From the NCBI GenBank assembly GCA_963764165.1, contig CAVXRD010000002.1, forward strand, positions 2,496,001-2,560,000: a stretch of DNA of 64,000 bases. The letters are read 5' to 3'. A program made the translations under genes and the position numbers. The stretch is from an uncultured Verrucomicrobiae bacterium. GTDB lineage: Bacteria; Verrucomicrobiota; Verrucomicrobiia; Limisphaerales; Palsa-1400. Below, piece by piece: positions 1 through 8,092 of this stretch (position 1 is the stretch's first letter; each line of letters starts with the position of its first letter). Below the pieces are notes generated by a model. That model had not been told where the DNA came from and made no database searches. It was given only the letters and a program-made list of their open reading frames with translations.

Positions 1-1298
1 CGGACCGGAAGGCCGCGGCGGAGCGAGCCGAAGCCGACCGTGTCAAACAAGCGCAGTTGCTTGCCGAGCGGCAGGCGGCCGAAGCGCGGGCAAGGGCGGA
101 AAAGGAGGCTGCCGACAAAGCCGAAGCCGACCGTGTCAAGCAAGCGCGGTTGCTTGCCGAGCAACAGGCGGCCGAAGCTCGGGAAAAGGCGGAAAAGGAG
201 GCCGCCGCCAAAGCCGAAGCTGAACGCGTCAAACAAGCGCAATTGGCGGCCGAACAGAAGGCTGCTGAGGATGGGAAGGAATATGCCAATTTCATTGCGC
301 TGGCCCGCAAGGCGCTGGCCTCGCGTGATTTTAGCAATGCGCAGGCGGCTGTGAACAAAGCGGGAGGCATCAAGCCGGGCAGTGCCGAGGCAGCCGAGGT
401 CAATAATCAGATCAAGTCAGCCTTGCAAAGCGCCACGGACACCGCCCAAGCCGAGGCAAACTACTCCGCGTCCATCAGCAGAGGCACGGCGGCCTTGCAG
501 CAATCCAATTACACGGCCGCGATTTCGGACTTCATTGATGCATTGAAATACAAGAAAGATGATGCTGATGCCTTGGCCAAGCTCAACGAGTCCCAACTCC
601 GCGCAAAACAAGCCAGCGAAGCCGCCGCGGCCGCCCAGCAAGCTGCATCCAACGCGCCGCCCAACTTGACCGCCGCCGCCGATGCTGGAGCGAAGGGCGG
701 CGCCGCTCCGCCGCTGGGGCAGGTTTATACGAATTCTATCGGAATGGAATTTGTGTGGTTTCCGAACGTATCCGGCGGTCTCTACGTGGCCCGTTATGAA
801 GTCACGCAGAAGGCTTACAAACAGATCATGGGAGGCGCGTTGCCCGATGGCCAGCCCGGTGGAACTGATGATGAATTGCCGGTGCAAAACGTTTCGTGGG
901 ACAAGGCTGGGCAATTCTGCCGCGCCTTGACCCAGCGCGACCACCACCAATATAATTTGCCGACTACAGCCCAGTGGCTGTCTTTCGCGGGCCTTGCTCC
1001 CGAGGACGAGCCAAAGGCCTACGGTTTCCTGACCAATGGCACGTTTGCCCACCAAATTACAAGCTGGCAAAGCTATCGGACGGGGCCCGAAAAAGTTGGA
1101 AAGCTCGGTCCTGAAAGCAATGGCTTATGCGATGTCTTTGGCAACGTCCGAGAATGGACGGACGAGCGGAGCCGCGCAGGTTTTTCATATCGAACCCAGG
1201 GAGGCAAGACAAAGTCGCTGATTTTGCCCGCGAAGGAAACGGTTCCCTGGATTGATGAAGAAACGGGCATCCGGTGTGTCCTTCAACCAGACAAGTGA
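1..1298 (+). CDS. 5'-truncated protein: Ala/Glu/Lys-rich TolA-like repeats, TPR-like helices and a C-terminal formylglycine-generating-enzyme (FGE-sulfatase/SUMF1) domain; T6SS-associated (TagR-like or a kinase-FGE fusion)
   Basis: Frame is open from base 3 (DRKAAAERAEADRVKQ...). C-terminal FGE motifs YTNSIGMEFV, RYEVTQ, LPVQNVSWDKA, YNLPTTAQW, NGLCDVFGNVREW and TGIRCV. Stop is 6 nt before tssA. Confidence 0.75.
   Translation, partial: DRKAAAERAEADRVKQAQLLAERQAAEARARAEKEAADKAEADRVKQARLLAEQQAAEAREKAEKEAAAKAEAERVKQAQLAAEQKAAEDGKEYANFIALARKALASRDFSNAQAAVNKAGGIKPGSAEAAEVNNQIKSALQSATDTAQAEANYSASISRGTAALQQSNYTAAISDFIDALKYKKDDADALAKLNESQLRAKQASEAAAAAQQAASNAPPNLTAAADAGAKGGAAPPLGQVYTNSIGMEFVWFPNVSGGLYVARYEVTQKAYKQIMGGALPDGQPGGTDDELPVQNVSWDKAGQFCRALTQRDHHQYNLPTTAQWLSFAGLAPEDEPKAYGFLTNGTFAHQITSWQSYRTGPEKVGKLGPESNGLCDVFGNVREWTDERSRAGFSYRTQGGKTKSLILPAKETVPWIDEETGIRCVLQPDK
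27..270 (+). repeat. About three 93-nt (31-aa) tandem coding repeats, AEADRVKQAxLLAExQAAEARxxAEKEAAxK
   Basis: gccgaagccgaccgtgtcaa occurs at 27 and 120; a variant, gccgaagctgaacgcgtcaa, occurs at 213. Confidence 0.85.
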
Positions 1299-1304
1299 GG
1301 CGCC

Positions 1305-2333
1305 ATGAACGAACGTGTCACAAAACTGTTGCTGCCCATTGCACCTGAGCAGCCTTGCGGGCCAAATTTGGCCAATGATCCGCGAATGGACGAACTGCGG
1401 GAATTGCTCAAAGGCAAGGCCGAAGTCGAGATTGCTTCGGTGCAGCATCCCGCCGAACCGCCTGACTGGAAACAATTGAAAGGCAAAGCCGAAGCTTTTT
1501 TGGGCGCCTCGAAACACCTCGGCGTGGCGGTGATGTGGACCTGCGCGGCGTTGCAAACCGAGGGGCTGGCTGGATTTCGCGATGGCTTGGCGCTGATCAA
1601 GGGTTTGGTGGAGCAGCAGTGGCTGGCCGTTTATCCGCTGCTCGATCCGGAGGATAATAACGACCCCACGCAAAGGCTCAATCTTTTAGGCGCACTGACA
1701 GCGCCACGCGGTATTTCAGGCTGGCTGGCTATCGTCGATTATCTTTACACCATGCCGGCCTCGAAGCGTAAGGGAGCGGAAACAACCTTTGAGCAACTGA
1801 TAAACCCAAGCGGAGGAAATCAAATAACGGCCCTCCCCGAGGCTCCCGCCTTGGCCGCCCTGCTGGATGAATGTTTGACAATAGTCAAAGGAACGGACGG
1901 CGCCCTGACCTCGGAATTGGGGGCTGGCCAGACTATTAGTTTTGAAGTGCTCGAGGGGACATTGACCTCGATGCGGCGCGCGCTGAATGTTTTTGTCGGC
2001 GGGCCTCCTCCTCCTGGCGAGAGCGCCGGAGCAGTTGAAGAGAAGGAAGTTGTCGCTGGCGGCGCGGCCGCGCGGCCCATTGCCGGAGACGTGCAATCGC
2101 GTCCGGATGTAATCCGGCTGCTGGACAAGATTTGCGCCTACTATGCCGCCGTTGAGCCGGCCAGCCCGGTGCCGTATATATTGCGTCGCGCCCGCAAGAT
2201 GGTCGAGATGGATTTCGTGCAAGCGGTGCAGGAATTGAACCTCGCCACAATCGACTCGCTGCGCCCGAGCATGGGGTCCGCCCTTGAAGCAGCCGGCGCC
2301 GGTGCGGAAACGACGGAACCACCTGCCACCTGA
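1305..2333 (+). CDS. tssA: T6SS protein TssA (ImpA N-terminal domain, TssA1-like)
   Basis: LLLPIAPEQPCGPNL...PPDW...SKHLGVA...GLAGFRDGL...WLAVYPLLDPEDNNDPTQRLN, and C-terminal SRPDVIRLLDKICAYYAAVEPASPVPYILRRARKMVEMDF. Confidence 0.93.
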   Translation: MNERVTKLLLPIAPEQPCGPNLANDPRMDELRELLKGKAEVEIASVQHPAEPPDWKQLKGKAEAFLGASKHLGVAVMWTCAALQTEGLAGFRDGLALIKGLVEQQWLAVYPLLDPEDNNDPTQRLNLLGALTAPRGISGWLAIVDYLYTMPASKRKGAETTFEQLINPSGGNQITALPEAPALAALLDECLTIVKGTDGALTSELGAGQTISFEVLEGTLTSMRRALNVFVGGPPPPGESAGAVEEKEVVAGGAAARPIAGDVQSRPDVIRLLDKICAYYAAVEPASPVPYILRRARKMVEMDFVQAVQELNLATIDSLRPSMGSALEAAGAGAETTEPPAT

Positions 2334-2352
2334 ACCGCTGGCTCTCCTCCGC

Positions 2353-3909
2353 TCACGCCGTGAGAAGGCCGACGCGCAGGAGAGAATTGAGGTTTTCGGC
2401 GAGCCTGTCGGCGATCACGCGGCGAAGGTGCTCGTCGTCTCGCGCCGGAGGCAGCGAGTTGTGTTTTTTGAGCAGCACGATCAAATTGTCAACCAACTGC
2501 GCTTGATCCGTGTTGCCGTCCAGCCAAAGCAGCAAGTCGCGTCCGACTTCGTCCTCAATTTCGACTGTGCGGTGGAAAACGGTGGTGACCGTGTTGCCGC
2601 GTTGCGCCTGCCACCGTGCCAGCGGGAAAGCAGCCGGGCGGGCGGACACGCCCTGGGCCAGCGGCGGTTTCACAGTAAAGAACTCCACCACACCCGCTGT
2701 GTAGAGCTGGGCTAGGAATTCCATTAATTTGACACGGTCCTTTGCCTCCGCTTCGGGAAGCATGGAGGCCGATTTGTCAAATAATTCGCCAAAAGCCGTT
2801 GGCTGCGGGTAAAGCCGCGCCAGTTGTGCGAGGGCGGCCTTGGCGATGGGCAGATCGGTGCTGCAGCCGGCTTCTTTCGGCCCGCGGTAGGAAACGATGA
2901 CGCCGGGCCGCAGATTCAGGTTTTCCTCAACACGTTTTGCCTGCGATGAGATTAGAAGGCGCTCAATTTGGCTGACATCGAGCGATGGGCCGATGGTTCT
3001 TTCCTCGTGGCAGAGGAGCGTTTGCCGGAAGCGACGGCATTTGGCGAAATCCAGATATTGTTCGCGCAAAATGCGATTGCCCGCCAGCTTGTCGAGAGTG
3101 GCCTGGCCTTCTTCCGTCAAACAATGGGCGAATGACTCAAAAAAATCCGCTTCTCCTACAAATTGAAGGCCATGCGCCGCCGCTTGTTGAATGAACTGAA
3201 CAAAATAGAATCTTTGATGACAATCGGACAGCTCATCATGGTATAGTTGCGCATCATCCTGTTTGAGAAGCAGTTCCATTTCATACGACAGCCATTTCTG
3301 ATACGGATCAGTCACGGCCACCGATTCAGCTAGAAATCGGGCCAAGGCTAAAGCCTGACCTATCTTTTCCTGGGGATTGGAAATGGCGCGGGTATGGAAT
3401 AGCAGCATGTCGCGAACCATCTCGCGCATCCGGCCACCCGGATAGGCATTGTAACTAATAAAGCCGATCCCATGTTCATTCAGCAGCTTGCGGCAGACCT
3501 CGAGAATGCCTTTGCGAACTGGCTCAGGAACCCAGGAATAAATCCCGTGCGCGATAATGTAATCAAACTGGCCCAAATCCTCCGGCGGGTTTGCCGCGTC
3601 CCCGCAAATCAACCTAACGCCTTTAAGGCCAAGGGCCCCGGCCATTTCGCACCCGGCTTGGATCGCGGTCGAGGCAAGGTCAATCCCAACAAATTCGCTG
3701 CCAGGAAAGGAAGCGGCAAGAGGAATAATATTACCGCCCGCGCCACAGCCCAATTCCAGAACTCGGCATCGATCAACTGGAGCTGGTTGCAGTCCCATTA
3801 ATCTGCCGATCACTGCCAAACGGTCCGGATGAGTTTGATTATGGCAATAACAAGGATAGGCAACCTGATCGTATTTGGTTAGGATGGCTTCTGAATCCAG
3901 CCGAGGCAT
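2353..3909 (-). CDS. Class I SAM-dependent methyltransferase with methyltransferase regulatory domain and C-terminal winged helix (rickettsial PKMT-like protein lysine methyltransferase family)
   Basis: YDQVAYP...THPDRL, RVLELGCGAGGN (SAM motif I), FDYIIAHGIYSWVP, ISYNAYPG, LYHDEL and EQYLDFAKCRRFRQTLLCH. ATG at 3909 chosen as start. Confidence 0.85.
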   Translation of the reverse strand: MPRLDSEAILTKYDQVAYPCYCHNQTHPDRLAVIGRLMGLQPAPVDRCRVLELGCGAGGNIIPLAASFPGSEFVGIDLASTAIQAGCEMAGALGLKGVRLICGDAANPPEDLGQFDYIIAHGIYSWVPEPVRKGILEVCRKLLNEHGIGFISYNAYPGGRMREMVRDMLLFHTRAISNPQEKIGQALALARFLAESVAVTDPYQKWLSYEMELLLKQDDAQLYHDELSDCHQRFYFVQFIQQAAAHGLQFVGEADFFESFAHCLTEEGQATLDKLAGNRILREQYLDFAKCRRFRQTLLCHEERTIGPSLDVSQIERLLISSQAKRVEENLNLRPGVIVSYRGPKEAGCSTDLPIAKAALAQLARLYPQPTAFGELFDKSASMLPEAEAKDRVKLMEFLAQLYTAGVVEFFTVKPPLAQGVSARPAAFPLARWQAQRGNTVTTVFHRTVEIEDEVGRDLLLWLDGNTDQAQLVDNLIVLLKKHNSLPPARDDEHLRRVIADRLAENLNSLLRVGLLTA

Positions 3910-3963
3910 GGCCAACGATGTGGAGCGCGCAGCCTATTTGTCAACGCCTAACAAAAAAATGGT

Positions 3964-3991
3964 TGTTCTATGTTCTATGTTCTATGTTCTA
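3964..3991 (+). repeat. Perfect heptamer tandem repeat (TGTTCTA)4 in the divergent intergenic region between the methyltransferase gene and tssB
   Basis: Read directly: tgttcta tgttcta tgttcta tgttcta. Confidence 0.95.
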
Positions 3992-4022
3992 ATATTTCAG
4001 AGCAAGATAATCCAGAAAACTA

Positions 4023-4051
4023 TTGACAGCTTTGGGGATTTCCACAAGAAT
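4023..4051 (+). promoter_or_regulatory. Putative sigma70 promoter for the tssB operon
   Basis: TTGACA (4023-4028), a 17-nt spacer, then AAGAAT (4046-4051). The -10 is overlapped by an imperfect inverted repeat, TTTCCACAAGAATCTTGGAAA. Confidence 0.5.
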
Positions 4052-4075
4052 CTTGGAAAACTGGTTATATAGCCT

Positions 4076-4609
4076 ATGCCTAAAGGAAAATCAAGCAGCC
4101 AGAAATTTATTGCGCGCAATCGCGCGCCGCGAGTGCAAATTGAATACGATGTCGAGACAGAGGGCAGCGACGTTAAAGTCCAGTTGCCCTTTGTCATGGG
4201 AGTCATGGCCGATTTGTCAGGCAAACCTAATCCAGATGATCCGTTGCCGCCGGTCGGAGAGCGAAAGTTTCTTGAAATCGACGTTGACAATTTTGACGAT
4301 CGGCTCAAAGCCTGCAAGCCGCGCCTGGCCTTTACCGTCCCTAATACTTTGACCGGCAAGGACAACATGAATGTTGAATTGACATTCGAGAGCATGGATG
4401 ACTTTTCGCCGGCCGCTGTCGCGCGCAAAGTCAGCGCGCTGAAAAAACTGCTCGATGCGCGCACCCAGCTCTCCAACCTGCTGACCTATATGGACGGCAA
4501 AGACAAGGCTGAGGATCTTGTGTCTCAACTTTTGAGCAATCCAGAACTGATGAAATCTCTGGCGGCGGCGCCGGCGCCGGCGGCGGATCCCGGCGCGGCG
4601 AAACAATAA
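4076..4609 (+). CDS. tssB: T6SS contractile sheath small subunit TssB
   Basis: SSQKFIARNRAPRVQIEYDVE...LPFVMGVMADLSG...ERKFLEIDVDNFD...FESMDDFSPAAVA...LSNLLTYMDGK. Confidence 0.97.
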   Translation: MPKGKSSSQKFIARNRAPRVQIEYDVETEGSDVKVQLPFVMGVMADLSGKPNPDDPLPPVGERKFLEIDVDNFDDRLKACKPRLAFTVPNTLTGKDNMNVELTFESMDDFSPAAVARKVSALKKLLDARTQLSNLLTYMDGKDKAEDLVSQLLSNPELMKSLAAAPAPAADPGAAKQ

Positions 4610-4617
4610 GAACACCT

Positions 4618-6105
4618 ATGATTCCACCCGAAACTTTATCCTCGGCGACTGCGGCGCCAGCCACTCAGGAAGCCAACGTGTTTCAGTCGCTCCTAAAGAA
4701 GGAGTTGAAAGTAGTCGAGACGGAGAAGCAGACAGAGGTCGACAAGGCGATGCGCACGCTGGCGGAAATGGCCTTGGCTGAGACTACACTGGTTTCGACT
4801 GACGTGGTTAAGACGATTACCGCCTTGATTGCAAAGATTGATGGTGTTCTCACAGAGCAACTTAATCTCATCATGCACCACGAGGACTTCAAAACCCTCG
4901 AGGGAAGCTGGCGCGGCCTTCATTATCTTGTCAACAATACCGAAACCGATGAGACGCTCAAAATCAGGGTGATGAATGTCTCGAAGAAGCAGCTCGGCAA
5001 GACGCTCGAGAAATTTGAGGGAACCGCCTGGGACCAAAGCCCCATCTTCAAAAAACTTTACGAGGACGAGTTTGGGTCGCCGGGTGGGCAGCCCTACGGT
5101 TGTTTGATTGGCGACTATGCCTTCGACCATTCGCCATCAGACATGAAAATGCTGTCAGGCATGTCACAGATCGCGGCCGCAATGCATGCGCCTTTTATCT
5201 CGGCTGCTGCTCCCTCGCTTTTTGGCATGGAGTCATGGCAGGAATTGGGCAATCCCCGCGATTTGACAAAAATCTTTCAGACGCCTGAATACGCCAAATG
5301 GCGGTCCTTGCGCGAGTCCGACGATGCGCGCTATCTGGGATTGACGATGCCCCGGTTTCTCTCACGCCTGCCCTACGGCGCCAAGACCAAACCGGTTGAT
5401 GAGTTTGCATTTGAGGAAGAGACTGCTGGCGCAGACCACAGCAAATACGTCTGGTCGAATGCCGCTTATGCAATGGGCGCAAATATTACGCGCGCCTTTA
5501 AAATTTATGGATGGTGTGCCCGCATCCGTGGCGCGGAATCCGGCGGAACCGTCGAAGGTTTGCCCGTCCACACCTTCCCGACCGATGACGGCGGGGTGGA
5601 CATGAAGTGTCCAACCGAGATTGCGATCACGGACCGGCGCGAGGCTGAACTAGCCAAGAACGGGCTCATTCCACTTTCGCACTATAAGAACACGGATTAC
5701 GCTGTATTCATGGGCGCGCAATCCGTGCAAAAGCCGACGGAGTATGATGACCCGGCGGCCACGGCCAATGCCAATCTTGCAGCCCGCCTGCCCTACCTTT
5801 TTGCAACGTGCCGCTTCGCCCATTTCCTCAAATGCATGGTGCGCGACAAAATTGGCTCGTTCAAAGAGCGGGAGGACATGGAAGAGTGGCTCAACAAATG
5901 GATCAGCCAGTATTGCTGCGACTCCAAGTCCGCGGAGGAAGTCAAGGCGCGCCTGCCGCTGGCTGAGGCCCGCGTTGAAGTCTTGGAAGTCAAGGGCAAT
6001 CCGGGATACTATACCTCCAAGTTTTGGCTGCGCCCGCACTACCAGTTGGAAGGTCTTACAGTCTCGTTGCGGCTGGTCTCGAAGCTGCCTTCGGGGAAAT
6101 CGTAA
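4618..6105 (+). CDS. tssC: T6SS contractile sheath large subunit TssC
   Basis: QLNLIMHHEDFKTLEGSWRGL, FLSRLPYG, KCPTEIAITDRREAEL, FAHFLKCMVRDKIGS and LRPHYQLEGLTVSLRLVSKLP. Confidence 0.97.
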   Translation: MIPPETLSSATAAPATQEANVFQSLLKKELKVVETEKQTEVDKAMRTLAEMALAETTLVSTDVVKTITALIAKIDGVLTEQLNLIMHHEDFKTLEGSWRGLHYLVNNTETDETLKIRVMNVSKKQLGKTLEKFEGTAWDQSPIFKKLYEDEFGSPGGQPYGCLIGDYAFDHSPSDMKMLSGMSQIAAAMHAPFISAAAPSLFGMESWQELGNPRDLTKIFQTPEYAKWRSLRESDDARYLGLTMPRFLSRLPYGAKTKPVDEFAFEEETAGADHSKYVWSNAAYAMGANITRAFKIYGWCARIRGAESGGTVEGLPVHTFPTDDGGVDMKCPTEIAITDRREAELAKNGLIPLSHYKNTDYAVFMGAQSVQKPTEYDDPAATANANLAARLPYLFATCRFAHFLKCMVRDKIGSFKEREDMEEWLNKWISQYCCDSKSAEEVKARLPLAEARVEVLEVKGNPGYYTSKFWLRPHYQLEGLTVSLRLVSKLPSGKS

Positions 6106-6211
6106 CCAATCGGCGCTTGAATTTTCCGCGAAAGTCTGTGCCTCACGGAAATGAACCAATGAAAAAATGGCTGTGGCATGGAGCCTGTCAATCAAATAAT
6201 ATACGGATATT

Positions 6212-6697
6212 ATGGCCTCAGTGGATTATTTTCTAAAAATCGACTCGATTCCGGGCGAAAGCACGGATTCGAAGCACAAGAACGAAATTGATTTGGAATC
6301 GTGGTCTTGGGGTGAGACCAATTCCGGCAGCCATGCTTATGGCGGCGGAGGGGGGGCGGGGAAAGTCAGCATGAATGATTTCAACTTCGTCATGCGCACC
6401 AATAAAGCCAGCCCCAAGATATTCCTGGCCTGCGCGACCGGGCAGCACATCAAGGAAGCTTTGTTGACGTGCCGCAAAGCAGGCAAGCAGCAGCAAGAGT
6501 ACCTGAAGATCAAGTTCTCCGACGTGTTGATTTCGAATTTCCAGACGGGCGGTTCGGGTGGCGAGGTGGTTCCCGTGGACCAGATATCGCTAAACTTCGC
6601 CAAGATCGAGTATACCTACGCCGCGCAAAAAGCAGACGGCACCCTGGACTCGCCCGTGGTTCACAACTATAGCCTGAAAGAAAACAAAGGCGGTTAA
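6212..6697 (+). CDS. hcp: T6SS tube protein Hcp (TssD)
   Basis: DYFLKIDSIPGESTDSKHKNEIDLESWSWG...GGGGAGKV...KASPKIFLACATGQHI...RKAG...ISLNFAKIEYTY. Confidence 0.97.
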   Translation: MASVDYFLKIDSIPGESTDSKHKNEIDLESWSWGETNSGSHAYGGGGGAGKVSMNDFNFVMRTNKASPKIFLACATGQHIKEALLTCRKAGKQQQEYLKIKFSDVLISNFQTGGSGGEVVPVDQISLNFAKIEYTYAAQKADGTLDSPVVHNYSLKENKGG

Positions 6698-6767
6698 GTC
6701 ATCAGCCGCTCCCGCAATGGCCCCGGCTGTCTGCGGGCCTTGCAGGCTGATTGCGCCAGACGATGCC

Positions 6768-7562
6768 ATGAACTCCTCGGAACTAGTGCAGGCAGGACGA
6801 CTCGAGGAGGGGCTCTCGGCCTTGCAATCGGAGATTCGGCGTCACCCGGAAGATCCGCGACTGCGGATGTTCCTTTTCCAGTTGGACTGCATCTTGGGAC
6901 GGTATGAAAAGGCCCTCGAACAGCTCCAGGTGGTTGCGGCATTGAACCCGGAAGCAATGATGTTCGCACAAGTGGTGCGGCCCCTGATTGCCAGCGAACT
7001 CTTGCGGCGCGACGTATTTTGCGGGCGGCGCACGCCGGTTGTCTTTGGCGAGCCAGCCCCTTGGGTTAGTTTGCTGATCCAAGCCAACGATTGGCTGGCC
7101 AAAGGGCAGTATGCCGCCGCGGCGGAGTCGCGCGCCCAGGCGTTTGAGTCCGCCCCGGCTTCTCCTGGCAAACTTAACGGCGAAGCCTTTCAGTGGATTG
7201 CCGATGGTGATTCACGGCTGGGGCCGACGATTGAAGCCGTCATTGATGGCAAGTACTACTGGATTCCATTTTGCCGAATCCAACAAATGGAAATGCCCAA
7301 ACCGAAGGATCTGCGGGACTTGGTTTGGCTGCCGGCGCAGTTTACGTGGGTCAATGGTGGCGTCAGTTCGGGACACATTCCGGTTCGTTACCCGGGAACC
7401 GAGAGTTCTTCCGATGCACTGCTGCGGATGGCGCGCAAAACCGATTGGCTTCAGCTAGATGGGGACACCTACACGGGCCTGGGCCAGCGCGTCCTCGCTA
7501 CTGACGAAAATGAGCACGCACTGTTGGAATGCCGCAAAATCGAGTTCTCTCTCGCAGCCTAA
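6768..7562 (+). CDS. tagJ: T6SS accessory protein TagJ/ImpE
   Basis: RMFLFQL...KALEQL, RRDVFCGRRTP, FQWIADGDSRLGP, YYWIPF, DLRDLVWLPA, IPVRYPG and GLGQRVLATD. Start moved to ATG 6768. Confidence 0.92.
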   Translation: MNSSELVQAGRLEEGLSALQSEIRRHPEDPRLRMFLFQLDCILGRYEKALEQLQVVAALNPEAMMFAQVVRPLIASELLRRDVFCGRRTPVVFGEPAPWVSLLIQANDWLAKGQYAAAAESRAQAFESAPASPGKLNGEAFQWIADGDSRLGPTIEAVIDGKYYWIPFCRIQQMEMPKPKDLRDLVWLPAQFTWVNGGVSSGHIPVRYPGTESSSDALLRMARKTDWLQLDGDTYTGLGQRVLATDENEHALLECRKIEFSLAA

Positions 7563-7597
7563 GAACACGCTGACAATAATCTGCCCAACACACTATT

Positions 7598-8092
7598 ATG
7601 GCCGAAGTAATTGATAAGCTGCAGCCTTGTTTGCTGGATCGACTGATGGACGATGATCCGTCCAACAAGGAGGAAAGCCGGATGCAGCGAGTGGTCTCGC
7701 TGCAAAAGTACCGCCGGGGCGCGATTCGGGACTTTCAGTGGCTGTTTAATTCCTCCGCGTATTCCGGTTTGGATTTTATGCGCGGTGATCGCTCAAAGCA
7801 ATATCCCGAGGTCTATCGTTCCGTGTTGAATTATGGCGTGCGCCAATTGTGCGGTGTGCTCACTCCGGACTTGGAAAAACTCAAGGAGCAACTGGCCGAG
7901 TCCATTCGAAATTTTGAGCCGCGAATGTCGGCCCGTTCGGTGGACGTCAAGGTCGATATGGAACGCAATGTGATCAGGCTGGAGATCAACGGGGAACTGT
8001 GGGCAAATCCCATGCCGGAAAACCTGCACTTGGCCACCACGGTTGACTTGGAGACCGGTCAATGCCAGTTCGGAGATGCTCTGAATGGATGA
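7598..8092 (+). CDS. tssE: T6SS baseplate subunit TssE (gp25-like)
   Basis: LQPCLLDRLMDDDP...RDFQWLFN...SVLNYG...IRNFEPRM...INGELWANP...DLETG. Confidence 0.93.
   Translation: MAEVIDKLQPCLLDRLMDDDPSNKEESRMQRVVSLQKYRRGAIRDFQWLFNSSAYSGLDFMRGDRSKQYPEVYRSVLNYGVRQLCGVLTPDLEKLKEQLAESIRNFEPRMSARSVDVKVDMERNVIRLEINGELWANPMPENLHLATTVDLETGQCQFGDALNG

Noticed and set aside
27..270. Regularly spaced repeats as a possible CRISPR array
   Set aside because: They are in-frame coding repeats with similar intervening sequence, and there are no cas genes.
1100..1298. FGE/C-type-lectin C-terminus, or the LRR proteins, as diversity-generating retroelement targets
   Set aside because: No reverse transcriptase and no template repeat differing only at adenines seen in the window.
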